Source: a virus
Taxonomy: Duplodnaviria; Caudoviricetes
DNA: 30,882 nucleotides
Direction: 5' to 3' (one strand)
Virus record (IMG/VR): IMGVR_UViG_3300023055_000021
Location: 1 to 30,882 of that record
The notes beneath the pieces are model-generated. The model saw only the letters and a program-made list of their open reading frames with translations, was not told the DNA's origin and ran no database searches. Below, one piece after another: positions 16,372 through 24,714 of the stretch (within the stretch, counting starts at the first letter, position 1; each line of letters starts with the position of its first letter). The position numbers and the translations under genes are program-made.

Positions 16372-16417
16372 ACTCTAACAATGGACAAATAGTGCCATCA
16401 CACGTGCGGGAACGCAA
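16372..16417 (-). promoter_or_regulatory. pR'-like late promoter with a downstream -10-like pause element
   Basis: -35 TTGCGT (16412-16417), 17 bp spacer, TGn-extended -10 CACTAT (16389-16394), second -10-like TAGAGT (16372-16377), then two terminators. Lies just after the Q-position gene. Confidence 0.6.
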
Positions 16418-16424
16418 TAGGCCC

Positions 16425-17015
16425 TCAAGCGGCCTCCTTCATTTCGTAGATTGCGGCTGACACCGGCGACAGTGCGCGCTTGTCCAGGTCCTCGCAGACC
16501 TCGAAGCAAATCTGCACGAATGGCTCCCAGTCCCTGGCCCAGGCGCATGAGGGAAGCGTCACGCCGTGCACATCGTCGATCCAGCGCTTGAACCACTCCG
16601 GGCTTTCAAACGGGTCCTGCGCTGATGACTGCCCGCCCTGGTGCATGCGGCGGTACCGGAACATCACGCCCTTGGCCACATACTCACAGCGCTCGCGCTT
16701 GGCCGCGGTCATACGGCCCGACCTGGCCATTGCCAGCGAGAACACGCACTCCTCGGCCACCTCGCGCTCGTTGTCGCCGCTCTGCGGGGCGTACATGAAG
16801 TTGCCGAAGGCGCGTAGACTGCCGGGCAGCTTGAAGATTACCGCCTGCACACCACCGGCCAACGCCTGGTGCACGGCATGGCTCGCCTTCCGCTGCTTCT
16901 CTGTGGTCTGGACCATAGTGCCCAACAGGCCCAGCTGTTCGATGAATGCGCCCTGGCTGTCCCACGCAGTGTAGAGGCAGTCGTGCCACGCTTGGCGTGC
17001 GCTGTTCAGTTGCAT
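16425..17015 (-). CDS. Probable late-gene antiterminator (Q position)
   Basis: 196 aa, MQLNSARQAWHDCLY..., with an AAGGAG RBS. Last nin-region gene before the late promoter and terminators; function inferred from position. Confidence 0.65.
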   Translation of the reverse strand: MQLNSARQAWHDCLYTAWDSQGAFIEQLGLLGTMVQTTEKQRKASHAVHQALAGGVQAVIFKLPGSLRAFGNFMYAPQSGDNEREVAEECVFSLAMARSGRMTAAKRERCEYVAKGVMFRYRRMHQGGQSSAQDPFESPEWFKRWIDDVHGVTLPSCAWARDWEPFVQICFEVCEDLDKRALSPVSAAIYEMKEAA

Positions 17016-17134
17016 GGGCCGTTCTCCTTCTTGCGGCGACTTTCGATGCCCTTGGCGCGCACTACGCACCAGGTGGAAGCGATGGTCATGACCACCAGCA
17101 GCGCGCCGGCTGTATCTGCGATAGTCCAGGTCAT
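17006..17134 (-). CDS. Small membrane peptide (42 aa)
   Basis: MTWTIADTAGALLVVMTIASTWCVVRAKGIESRRKKENGPCN. ATGA-coupled to ninG and overlaps the next start. Confidence 0.6.
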   Translation of the reverse strand: MTWTIADTAGALLVVMTIASTWCVVRAKGIESRRKKENGPCN

Positions 17135-17733
17135 GCAGCCGCCCTCCTCAGGTCTTTGAGCTTCTGCCTGTACAGGGCCTTGATGGCCTGCAGGTCTTCG
17201 ATGGTCAGGCGCTGGGGCTTATGAGGCCCTTCGAGCCATTCAACCTGGTCAGCTCCGATGCGCTTCACCAGGCGGATGCGGTACTCGACCGCGTTCCCCG
17301 ACAGGTTGCGGTTGCACTTCACGCACTGGCGGTGGACGTTGAACGGTTCAAACCGCAACTCGGGGCAGGCGCCCACCGAGCGGTAATGGCCAGCGTCCCA
17401 GCGGCTGCCGGTAATCAGGTCGTGGTCGCTCGGATTCGAGTCGCAGCTGATGCACGGGAGGCCGGCGTCGCGCTCGCGGATGTAGGCATTGAACGCGGCC
17501 TGCGCCTCGGCCATGTGCTCGCGGCGGGTCTTCAGCTTCTCCCGGCGCTTCTGCAGGTCCTGGCGGGCCTGCTTGGTGATGACCTTGGCCGCGACCTTCT
17601 GCAGCTTCGGATCTTTGGCCATGGCCTTGGCACAGGCGATGCTGCACACCTTCTGCGTGGTCATTGTCGGCTTGAAGCGCTGGCCGCAACCTGGCGCCTT
17701 GCACTTCTTCAGCTTGATCTCGGCTACGCGCAT
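17131..17733 (-). CDS. ninG: NinG / Rap family recombination endonuclease
   Basis: CKAPGC...CSIAC, FNAYIRERD, PCISC, WDAGHYRS, HRQCVKCN and WLEG motifs. Confidence 0.93.
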   Translation of the reverse strand: MRVAEIKLKKCKAPGCGQRFKPTMTTQKVCSIACAKAMAKDPKLQKVAAKVITKQARQDLQKRREKLKTRREHMAEAQAAFNAYIRERDAGLPCISCDSNPSDHDLITGSRWDAGHYRSVGACPELRFEPFNVHRQCVKCNRNLSGNAVEYRIRLVKRIGADQVEWLEGPHKPQRLTIEDLQAIKALYRQKLKDLRRAAA

Positions 17734-18038
17734 GGCTCGGCCTCCTTGGCTTTCTGCTGCGCGGGTTGAAAGTCGCCGCGCAGGGGCATAAGGAACTGCT
17801 CTCTGCATGGCCCTTCGGAGGTCGTCACACCGCGCTTGTCGGTGTACTGGCCATCGGTCAGCCGAACGAGCCAGATACGGTTCTCCTCGACGTTGTCTAC
17901 CCAGCCGCCAGCCTCAAGGAAAATCACCCGGTCATTCCCAAGGTATTCAATCAGCTCCACCGTTCTGCCCAGCGTCTCGTATGCCGTGAGGGTGCCGACG
18001 ATCAGCGCAAGGTCACCAGCCTTGAATTGATGCCTCAT
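17724..18038 (-). CDS. Hypothetical nin-region protein
   Basis: 104 aa, FKAGDLALIV...LMPLRGDF. Translationally coupled on both sides. Confidence 0.75.
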   Translation of the reverse strand: MRHQFKAGDLALIVGTLTAYETLGRTVELIEYLGNDRVIFLEAGGWVDNVEENRIWLVRLTDGQYTDKRGVTTSEGPCREQFLMPLRGDFQPAQQKAKEAEPCA

Positions 18039-18505
18039 GCCGCTTCCTCCCCCAGCAGGTCAGCGAAGTGCACGCCCCGCGGCGTGAACTCCTCGACGAT
18101 CCGGTCGGTGTACTGGCAGCCCTGTGCACGGTCGAACAACCGGGTGACCGGGAACCCATCCGGCCCGAACATGGCGCACGGCCCCATCAGGCGCAGCTTC
18201 ACGTCGTAATCCAGGTGGATGAACGACTCAGCCCAGCCGGTGCGGAACTCCGCGCAGCCAGCGCGCATGATCGGCACTCCCAGGTGCAGCTTGCAGTAAC
18301 GGCGCACGTCCTCGATGTCGCCCATCTCAGTGCTCTTGGCGATCCGCTCGTACATGGCGAACCACAGGGCGTTCTGGTCCAGGGTGCGGTCCTTGCCCGG
18401 GCGCATGCTGACCACGACGAACTTCTTGTCGCGGAACAGGCGGGTGAGCATGGTGACGGCCTCGGACAGCTTGGCCTGGCTGTTGACGCTGATCTTCTCG
18501 GTCAT
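18035..18505 (-). CDS. ninB: NinB / Orf-like protein
   Basis: KDRTLDQNALWFAMYERIA motif, C-terminal F..RGVHF, and nin-region position. Confidence 0.7.
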   Translation of the reverse strand: MTEKISVNSQAKLSEAVTMLTRLFRDKKFVVVSMRPGKDRTLDQNALWFAMYERIAKSTEMGDIEDVRRYCKLHLGVPIMRAGCAEFRTGWAESFIHLDYDVKLRLMGPCAMFGPDGFPVTRLFDRAQGCQYTDRIVEEFTPRGVHFADLLGEEAA

Positions 18506-18657
18506 GGCCTGGCTCTCCCGATGGTGCAGTTGTAAGTGGTGTTGCCGATGTAGAAGCCGCCGACACGATCGCAGTCGTTCTTGATGCTCTCGTAGGCGCC
18601 AACCCATCCGCCGAGAGCGCACAGCGCGAAGACGAAAGCCAGCCACAGGGAATTCAT
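18502..18657 (-). CDS. Small membrane protein (51 aa)
   Basis: MNSLWLAFVFALCALGGWVGAYESIKNDCDRVGGFYIGNTTYNC...; coupled to P upstream and to the ninB-like gene downstream. Confidence 0.65.
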   Translation of the reverse strand: MNSLWLAFVFALCALGGWVGAYESIKNDCDRVGGFYIGNTTYNCTIGRARP

Positions 18658-19418
18658 CACACCCCCTCCCCGGCCGGCTGCCCGGCGCGCTTGATGTTCA
18701 ACTTGGCCAGCAGGTGTGCACGGCAGGCGGCCGCGCTCGATGGGATCTGCTGGAGGTCCAGCAGGCGGGCCTGGCGTTGGCTTGCATACTCGTCGGCTAG
18801 CTCGATCAGGCTCTTCTGGCTGTCGTGGCCGATGCCGGTGGCGATATCGCCAAGGGGCTCGCCGGAGACCAGCATGCGGATGGTGATGTCGTAGGCCCGG
18901 GCGAACACCTTCTCGGCGCGTTCTGGCTCCATATGGCCCAGGTTGTGCGCCTCGCACTGCAGGGCCGCGTGGCGCACCGCTGCGTGCGACCAGGTGCGGG
19001 AACCTGCCCTGCTGGGGTGGAAGTTCTCCAGCGCTTCTGCCAGGGCGCGCACAAGCGGTGGAATGCCCATCTCTTCTGGCGTCGGCTGGCACAGCTTGAT
19101 GAACTTGCCGCTGCTCGGGGCGAAGTCGGTACCCAGCAACCGGCACTTCTGGATGCCGAAGCGGATCTGCTCCAAGGTGTTGATGCCAGCCGCGGCGAAG
19201 GACTTGATCCAGCTGCGCTTGGCGGCCATCAGTGCGTCGTCATCAGGCCAAGCCTGCTTCCACGCAGGGAAGATGGCCTGCAGCTCCAGAAACAAAGCGT
19301 TGACCACCTTGGTGGTGCGCTGGTCCAGTTGCTTGGCCGGGGCCTGCACCTCGGCGGGCAGGTTCTTGGTCGCCGCCATAATCTGCATGACGCTGAGCAC
19401 CTTCGGTTGTGCACTCAT
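18657..19418 (-). CDS. Replication protein P (lambda P family helicase loader)
   Basis: VNALFLELQAIFPAW, AKRSWIKSF, GINTLEQIRFG and FAPSSGKFIKLC motifs. Follows the initiator gene. Confidence 0.88.
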   Translation of the reverse strand: MSAQPKVLSVMQIMAATKNLPAEVQAPAKQLDQRTTKVVNALFLELQAIFPAWKQAWPDDDALMAAKRSWIKSFAAAGINTLEQIRFGIQKCRLLGTDFAPSSGKFIKLCQPTPEEMGIPPLVRALAEALENFHPSRAGSRTWSHAAVRHAALQCEAHNLGHMEPERAEKVFARAYDITIRMLVSGEPLGDIATGIGHDSQKSLIELADEYASQRQARLLDLQQIPSSAAACRAHLLAKLNIKRAGQPAGEGV

Positions 19419-20194
19419 AGGTCACCCAAGTCGTCAGCCCAGGACGTGTCGCTGAAATCGGGGCCGTTGGCCTGACGACGCGGTGGGAACTGGTGGACGT
19501 TGCCAGCAGGTGGCAGTTCGTCATCCCAGCGCTTGCCGTTCAGCCAGGTGGCTGGGTGGGGGATGAACTGGCCGCCGTCCTTGGTCCAGTCCACGGACAT
19601 GCTCCACGCTGCCAGCGACGTAGCCATACGGTCGAACAGGTCGGCGTCAACCTTGAGCTTCGCCCAAGCCTTCTCGGCGTTGGCCTTGCCCACTTTGCGC
19701 GGGAACAGCTTCCAGAAGCGAGAGAACAGGTCAGCGTCATCGCCAGATGACGAAGTCTTTTGATCTTGTTCTTTATCTTCTCTTCTCTTCTCTTCTCTGG
19801 TCCGCGATTTGTCCGCATCACTTGCGGACGAATTGCGGACAGAATTCGCTTTCCGCGACTCGCGCTTGCGTTCGCTGTCATTCGCTCGGCGCTTGGCGCT
19901 GGCCCCGTTGTGCTCGTCAAAGCGGGGCATGACAAGGCTTCCATCCTCATCGATGTCGGCCCACTCAACGTCGATCATGGCCTGCGTGAAACCTGGCCAG
20001 CCGATAACCGCATCCATCGCATCAGTGGTGTACCCATACAGCACGCCATCAGCAGAATGGGTGTCGAAGATGCTCCAAGCAACATGCAGTCCACCAATCA
20101 CCCGCAACCTGTCCGCACGCAATGCGGACACCATGCGGAAAACTTTCGGATGGGTCTGAAGATCTACGCGCATTTTTATCCAGTCTCCGGCCAT
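19415..20194 (-). CDS. Phage replication initiator (O-like)
   Basis: MAGDWIKMR N-terminus, REEKRREDKE linker encoded by the origin purine tract, and C-terminal FSRFWKLFPRKVGK...FIPHPATWLNGKRWDDE. Confidence 0.88.
   Translation of the reverse strand: MAGDWIKMRVDLQTHPKVFRMVSALRADRLRVIGGLHVAWSIFDTHSADGVLYGYTTDAMDAVIGWPGFTQAMIDVEWADIDEDGSLVMPRFDEHNGASAKRRANDSERKRESRKANSVRNSSASDADKSRTREEKRREDKEQDQKTSSSGDDADLFSRFWKLFPRKVGKANAEKAWAKLKVDADLFDRMATSLAAWSMSVDWTKDGGQFIPHPATWLNGKRWDDELPPAGNVHQFPPRRQANGPDFSDTSWADDLGDL
19755..19856. repeat. Probable replication origin: iterons plus polypyrimidine/AT-rich tract
   Basis: GTCCGC(A)/TGCGGAC units at 19800, 19811, 19823 and 19834 (degenerate at 19851), next to a (TCTTC)n tract at 19755-19798, inside the initiator gene as in lambda ori. 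Confidence 0.75.
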
Positions 20195-21003
20195 TACTCA
20201 CTCCCTACGCCGACCAATCCGGCGAGTTCAAGGAAGCGATCGACGTACCAATGCGGCTGCGTTTCACGAGGGGATCGAGGGCTGGTCAGGTTTTTGCCGT
20301 AGCGCAGCCCCTTGTCGGTGATCGCCCAGAACGTGACCGTTTCCTGCTTGGAGTTTTTGCGCTGCATGACCTTGATCAGCCCGGCCTCCTGCAGGGCCTT
20401 ATTGAACGAAGCTGGAGGCATCCGGACGCCGTTGTCCTTGAGCAACGCAGTCAGCGCTTTGGTAGGCAACGAACTTCCGCCAGCTGCATCAGCGGGGGCA
20501 TCCACCGCATAACTCGGCAGAAATTTCGGATCGAGGCCGTTGTTCTCCGCAATCTTGGCCAGCATCTGCATCTGGCACGACGCGGCCGGCTTCAGCAGGC
20601 GCGCGAAGCACTCCATGATGGCGATCTCGCCAATCACCTTGGTGCCGTTGGCCATGACGGCCTGGGGCGCCTCGGACTGGCCTTCCAGCTCACGCCAGCG
20701 GCGTATCACCTTCATGCGAAGCGCCGGGCTGTAGCCAGCCAGAAGGCAATCGGTGTGCTCTCGGTCGAGCAGGTACTGGACCTGCTCGCGATTAAGACCG
20801 TCCAGGTAGATGTGCTCAAAACTGAGCGCATCTTCTTTCAGGTCAGCCAGCATGGCGGCGATGTCACGCTTCACGTTGTTGTGGCGCTTTCCGGTCAAGT
20901 TTGCAATTTCACGGGATGACATCGTGCGCGCCACGAACTCGTGGTTCGCATGGTGTGGCGCGGCCCTGGACAGGGCCTGTACATGAGGGAAGGAGGTATG
21001 CAT
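20194..21003 (-). CDS. Rha-family regulator / antirepressor-like protein
   Basis: TMSSREIANLTGKRHNNVKRDI Rha motif. C-terminal domain FNKALQEAGLI...ITDKGLRYGKN resembles antirepressor C-termini. GAGG RBS. Confidence 0.85.
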   Translation of the reverse strand: MHTSFPHVQALSRAAPHHANHEFVARTMSSREIANLTGKRHNNVKRDIAAMLADLKEDALSFEHIYLDGLNREQVQYLLDREHTDCLLAGYSPALRMKVIRRWRELEGQSEAPQAVMANGTKVIGEIAIMECFARLLKPAASCQMQMLAKIAENNGLDPKFLPSYAVDAPADAAGGSSLPTKALTALLKDNGVRMPPASFNKALQEAGLIKVMQRKNSKQETVTFWAITDKGLRYGKNLTSPRSPRETQPHWYVDRFLELAGLVGVGSE

Positions 21004-21029
21004 AATCGTCCTCGAAGCAGTAGTTGAAG

Positions 21030-21055
21030 AAACCGCCCCGCCAGGCGGTTTTTTT
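21030..21055 (+). terminator. Intrinsic terminator antisense to the early right operon
   Basis: AAACCGCC-CCGCCA-GGCGG followed by T7 on the plus strand. Confidence 0.78.
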
Positions 21056-21175
21056 GTGCCTGGGGTTCGTACCTTGATAGTGCGAAGCCCATGGGCACCG
21101 ATCCGCGCATGCGCGGAAAAATGAAGCCCTTCCGGTTGCGCTGCCTGTAGCCAGACGCTCCCTTTTCAGGGCCTT

Positions 21176-21355
21176 TTAAGGCCGAGGCAGGTGCCGGAGC
21201 TTGCCGGCGCCTTTAGGCCTCGTTTTCTCTAGGAGGCTTTCCCGTACTAACTGGACGGCGTACTGCTCGGGGGTCATCCCGGCTTTCATCGCCATCTCTT
21301 CAAGCTTTCGGTAGAAGCGCTCCTCGAGGCCGTGACAAATCATCGTTTCGGCCAT
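21176..21355 (-). CDS. Small ribbon-helix-helix-like protein
   Basis: 59 aa, ICHGLEERFYRKLEEMAMKAGMTPEQYAVQLVRESL; beta-alpha-G-alpha pattern. Confidence 0.6.
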   Translation of the reverse strand: MAETMICHGLEERFYRKLEEMAMKAGMTPEQYAVQLVRESLLEKTRPKGAGKLRHLPRP

Positions 21356-21374
21356 GAGTCCCCCTTGCGGGCCT

Positions 21375-21569
21375 TCAGGCCGTGTGCGCAGTCTCGTTAT
21401 CATCCTGAGCAATTAGCAGAGCGAGCTTCTCCTCTACACACATGCGTACGAACACCGCTGGTTGAAGCCGGTGAAGCTTTGCAACCGCCCTCACAGCCTC
21501 GTAGGTATCCTCGTCATAACGGGACTTGATCTCCCGGTCTTTCAGATGCCGGCTATCGTCGTAGCTCAT
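21375..21569 (-). CDS. Small ribbon-helix-helix-like protein at the cII position
   Basis: 64 aa, EIKSRYDEDTYEAVRAVAKLHRLQPAVFVRMCVEEKL. AAGGAG RBS; directly after cro. Confidence 0.65.
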   Translation of the reverse strand: MSYDDSRHLKDREIKSRYDEDTYEAVRAVAKLHRLQPAVFVRMCVEEKLALLIAQDDNETAHTA

Positions 21570-21599
21570 TGAGTGGTGGCTCCTTGCTTGGGAAAGTGG

Positions 21600-21848
21600 T
21601 TAGGCGGCGGAAAGCGCGCGGGTCGGATTACTGTCGACTTGGTTCCACGGGAACGACGGACACAGATCGGCACGATTCACGGCGCCATTCGTAAGCGCCT
21701 CAATCTGCAGTGCGCGCTTGGCTGGGACCGTGCGCTCTCCTGAACACCATTGGTTGACGGTGGGTGCCGCAACATTCAGCCGGCGCGCCAATTCCGCCTG
21801 GCTGCCCAGCACGCGGGATGCTTCTTTGGCTGCTTCTGCTGATTTCAT
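21600..21848 (-). CDS. cro: Cro-like repressor (YdaS family)
   Basis: GSQAELARRLNVAAPTVNQW HTH and IEALTNGAVNRADLCP. Divergent from cI. Confidence 0.92.
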   Translation of the reverse strand: MKSAEAAKEASRVLGSQAELARRLNVAAPTVNQWCSGERTVPAKRALQIEALTNGAVNRADLCPSFPWNQVDSNPTRALSAA

Positions 21849-21875
21849 GAGTTCTATCCTGGAGATTTACCGATG

Positions 21876-21953
21876 AATATAAGGCAATACCTTATCTTAT
21901 ACAAGCCATTGCCTAATCGCACTAGCGATAGGCCTAATTAGGCAATGCTTACC
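21876..21953. promoter_or_regulatory. OR: three 17-bp operators and pR
   Basis: ATAAGGCAATACCTTAT (21879-21895), ACAAGCCATTGCCTAAT (21901-21917), ATTAGGCAATGCTTACC (21937-21953). Minus-strand pR has -35 TTGTAT (21899-21904), 17 bp, -10 TATATT (21876-21881). Confidence 0.8.
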
Positions 21954-22787
21954 GGACCAGAATTAGGTGCAGCCATTGATGCTGCGCGGATCGCCAAGGG
22001 CGTATCTAAGAAACAGCTCGCAGACGACTTCCAGGTGAAGCCTCCGTCGGTGCAGGGCTGGGTGAAAAACGGCCGGATCGACAAGTCCAAGCTGATGGAC
22101 GTGATCGCATACTTTTCTGACGTAGTGGGTCCTGAACACTGGGGGCTTCGCCCTGGCTTTTCCTACGAGAGCATCCAGGACGTCACTTCGGAACCTGTCG
22201 CAGAGCCGGCGCCAACCTCAGCTGCCGACATGGTTCGCGCCATGCTCGCGAACCAAGGCAAGAACTTGTCGGATTCGGCGCGCGCGCAGTTGATTGCAGC
22301 CGCCGAAGCGACCGATGAGGGAAATGTGATTACCGCGGACTTCTCCCGGCCTGGCCTGGTCGGCGACGAGGTCCGGATCGCCCACTACGATATTCGCGCA
22401 GCAATGGGTGGCGGCCAGATCCCGCACGATTACCCGGAGATGCTAAAGGACATTCGCGTCAGCCCCAGTCACCTGCGGGAAATCGGCGTCGAGTTCGAGG
22501 AGCACTACCACCTGAAGGTGGTCACCGGTTGGGGCCAGTCGATGGAGCCCACCATCAAGCACCGTGACCCGCTGATCGTAAATATCAACGTCCGCGAATT
22601 CGTGGGCGACGGGATCTACCTCTTCTACTGGGATGACCACATCTACATCAAGCGCCTGCAGGTGGCGGATGAGGAACATTTCGAGATGATTTCGGACAAC
22701 ACCAGGCACAAGGATCGGCTGATCCGCCGGGACATGACCTACATTCAGGCTCGTGTGCTGTTGGTGTGGAATGCACATTTAGTTTGA
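21945..22787 (+). CDS. cI: CI repressor (HTH + S24 autopeptidase)
   Basis: N-terminal HTH, AAMGGG cleavage region, GQSMEPTI catalytic Ser and IKRL catalytic Lys. Divergent from cro. Confidence 0.95.
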   Translation: MLTGPELGAAIDAARIAKGVSKKQLADDFQVKPPSVQGWVKNGRIDKSKLMDVIAYFSDVVGPEHWGLRPGFSYESIQDVTSEPVAEPAPTSAADMVRAMLANQGKNLSDSARAQLIAAAEATDEGNVITADFSRPGLVGDEVRIAHYDIRAAMGGGQIPHDYPEMLKDIRVSPSHLREIGVEFEEHYHLKVVTGWGQSMEPTIKHRDPLIVNINVREFVGDGIYLFYWDDHIYIKRLQVADEEHFEMISDNTRHKDRLIRRDMTYIQARVLLVWNAHLV

Positions 22788-22910
22788 AAATAAATAGTGA
22801 GACTAACCACCCCCCGACCCTTGCCCGACTTGTGCTTAAAGAAACCTGTAGCCTTTAATAATACCCATTAAGCTCTACACCAAAACTAAATCTATGACAC
22901 GGATCAGAGT

Positions 22911-24677
22911 ATGAATGACAATGAAGCCATTGCCGAACTGGTCACTACGCTAGAAAAATTTAAACCCGGCAAGCCTCTCAAAAGCTACATCACTCATGCT
23001 CGATTTCCGAAGTTCAAAGGAATTGAACCAGGAACTCAAATAGATTTTGAATTTCCGTTAACGGCACTTGTAGGCGCCAACGGAATTGGCAAAAGCTCGA
23101 TATTGCACGCTTTATGGGGCATGCCCTTCGGCTATACAACCAGCAAATTTTGGTTCGCCACTGACTTGGACCCTATTGAGGGATCCAAAAAGGATCCACA
23201 ACGATATGTCTATGGCCATTGGAACGAGTCTTACAAAGGTATTGTAGAAACACGTAAGGCAAGGCTTGGCCGCAAAGAGGACTACTGGGAGCCCTACCGC
23301 AGGAGTGAAGCAGATGGCATGCCACCCATCCCAGCACAAAAATTCGAGGGAAAATCTAAGGATAGATGGAACCCAGTAAGGCGAAAGGTTGTTTACATAA
23401 ACTTCAAAATGACTTTCGGGTCTTTTGATCGGTATTTTTATACCGATGAAGGAGGAGATCAGAATAGGAGCTCAATGAAGCTTGAGGCCCAACGCCTGAA
23501 ACGTATTATCGCTGAAAACAAACAGAGCTATAAGCACGGGCCTAGGCAAAAGCTTTTTGAGAACCGGCCACTGACAGACGAAGAACTGTTTCACGTATCG
23601 AATATCCTCGGAAGGGAATACACGTCAGCGCAACTTGTACGCCACTCGCTCTACCCGGGCAACAGGGGCCAAGACATGAGCGTAGTATTTAAGCGCGGAT
23701 TTGAATACTCAGAAGCTTTCGCAGGAAGCGGCGAGATCGCTGCTGTAAGTGCTGTCGTGCAACTCCTTGCTGCTGAAAAGTATTCGCTTATCTTGCTTGA
23801 TGAACCAGAGACATCTCTACACCCCGGAGCCCAGCGAGCCCTACTGAGATTTCTACTTGAGCAAATCAAGATTAAGCACCACCAGATAATTATATCAACA
23901 CACTCAAGCGACTTCCTAGATGGCCTTCCAGCCTCTGCAATAAAGGTCCTTGAAGACAACGGCCAACAGCAAACTCGAGCTCTGCCTCATTGCTCTCCAT
24001 ATGCTGCGCTTCATCGCCTAGGGAGGCAACAGCCTAAAACAAAAAGAATTCTTGTTGAAGACCCGCTCGCCGAACAAATAATAACCCACTCGATTAAGGG
24101 TTTAGATGCAGGAGACCAACAGGCAATTGAAATAAAAATTGCCCCTGGCGGGGCTGAATCAATCTTAAAGTACCATATACCCTCAGCAATGACATCTGGC
24201 GATGATATATTCGTTTACTTGGACGGAGATAAAAAGAAAGTTAATGATTTCACCGACCCACTAAAAATACCACCAGCTGAATACTCCAGCCTCGAACTGT
24301 TGCTTAAAGCAGAATTTGGCTGCGCACCGCATTTCCTTCTTCAAGGAGGGAACGGAGCGGAGCAACACAACGCAGCCAAGATAAATTCCCATTTAGAATA
24401 CCTGGCCTGGGCTAGAAAGCGGCTAGCCTATCTGCCTAAACGCTGTCCCGAACAGATACTTCTTGACGCTCATGACCCCCAACTCGGCGCCGATTGCAAA
24501 GATGCGCAAGATGCTAAAGACCAATTAAGGATCTTTTTGACTCAAGGTGCAATTGAACTCCCTCAAGCAGAAATGAGCGTTTTAGAGAAAGTATCGACCG
24601 CCAAGATCCCGATTGATAATGATGATTTGAACACGATTCGCCAACAATTGAAATTATGGCTGAATCATGTAAAATAG
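22911..24677 (+). CDS. ABC-ATPase-TOPRIM nuclease (OLD-like ATP-dependent endonuclease)
   Basis: Walker A GANGIGKS, signature-like AGSGE, Walker B/D-loop LILLDEPETSLHP and H-loop STHS, then TOPRIM motifs RILVED and VYLDGD. AT-richer than the prophage backbone. Confidence 0.87.
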   Translation: MNDNEAIAELVTTLEKFKPGKPLKSYITHARFPKFKGIEPGTQIDFEFPLTALVGANGIGKSSILHALWGMPFGYTTSKFWFATDLDPIEGSKKDPQRYVYGHWNESYKGIVETRKARLGRKEDYWEPYRRSEADGMPPIPAQKFEGKSKDRWNPVRRKVVYINFKMTFGSFDRYFYTDEGGDQNRSSMKLEAQRLKRIIAENKQSYKHGPRQKLFENRPLTDEELFHVSNILGREYTSAQLVRHSLYPGNRGQDMSVVFKRGFEYSEAFAGSGEIAAVSAVVQLLAAEKYSLILLDEPETSLHPGAQRALLRFLLEQIKIKHHQIIISTHSSDFLDGLPASAIKVLEDNGQQQTRALPHCSPYAALHRLGRQQPKTKRILVEDPLAEQIITHSIKGLDAGDQQAIEIKIAPGGAESILKYHIPSAMTSGDDIFVYLDGDKKKVNDFTDPLKIPPAEYSSLELLLKAEFGCAPHFLLQGGNGAEQHNAAKINSHLEYLAWARKRLAYLPKRCPEQILLDAHDPQLGADCKDAQDAKDQLRIFLTQGAIELPQAEMSVLEKVSTAKIPIDNDDLNTIRQQLKLWLNHVK

Positions 24678-24714
24678 GGCGCGAAGCGCTTGACTGGCAC
24701 CAGGATCAAAATCA

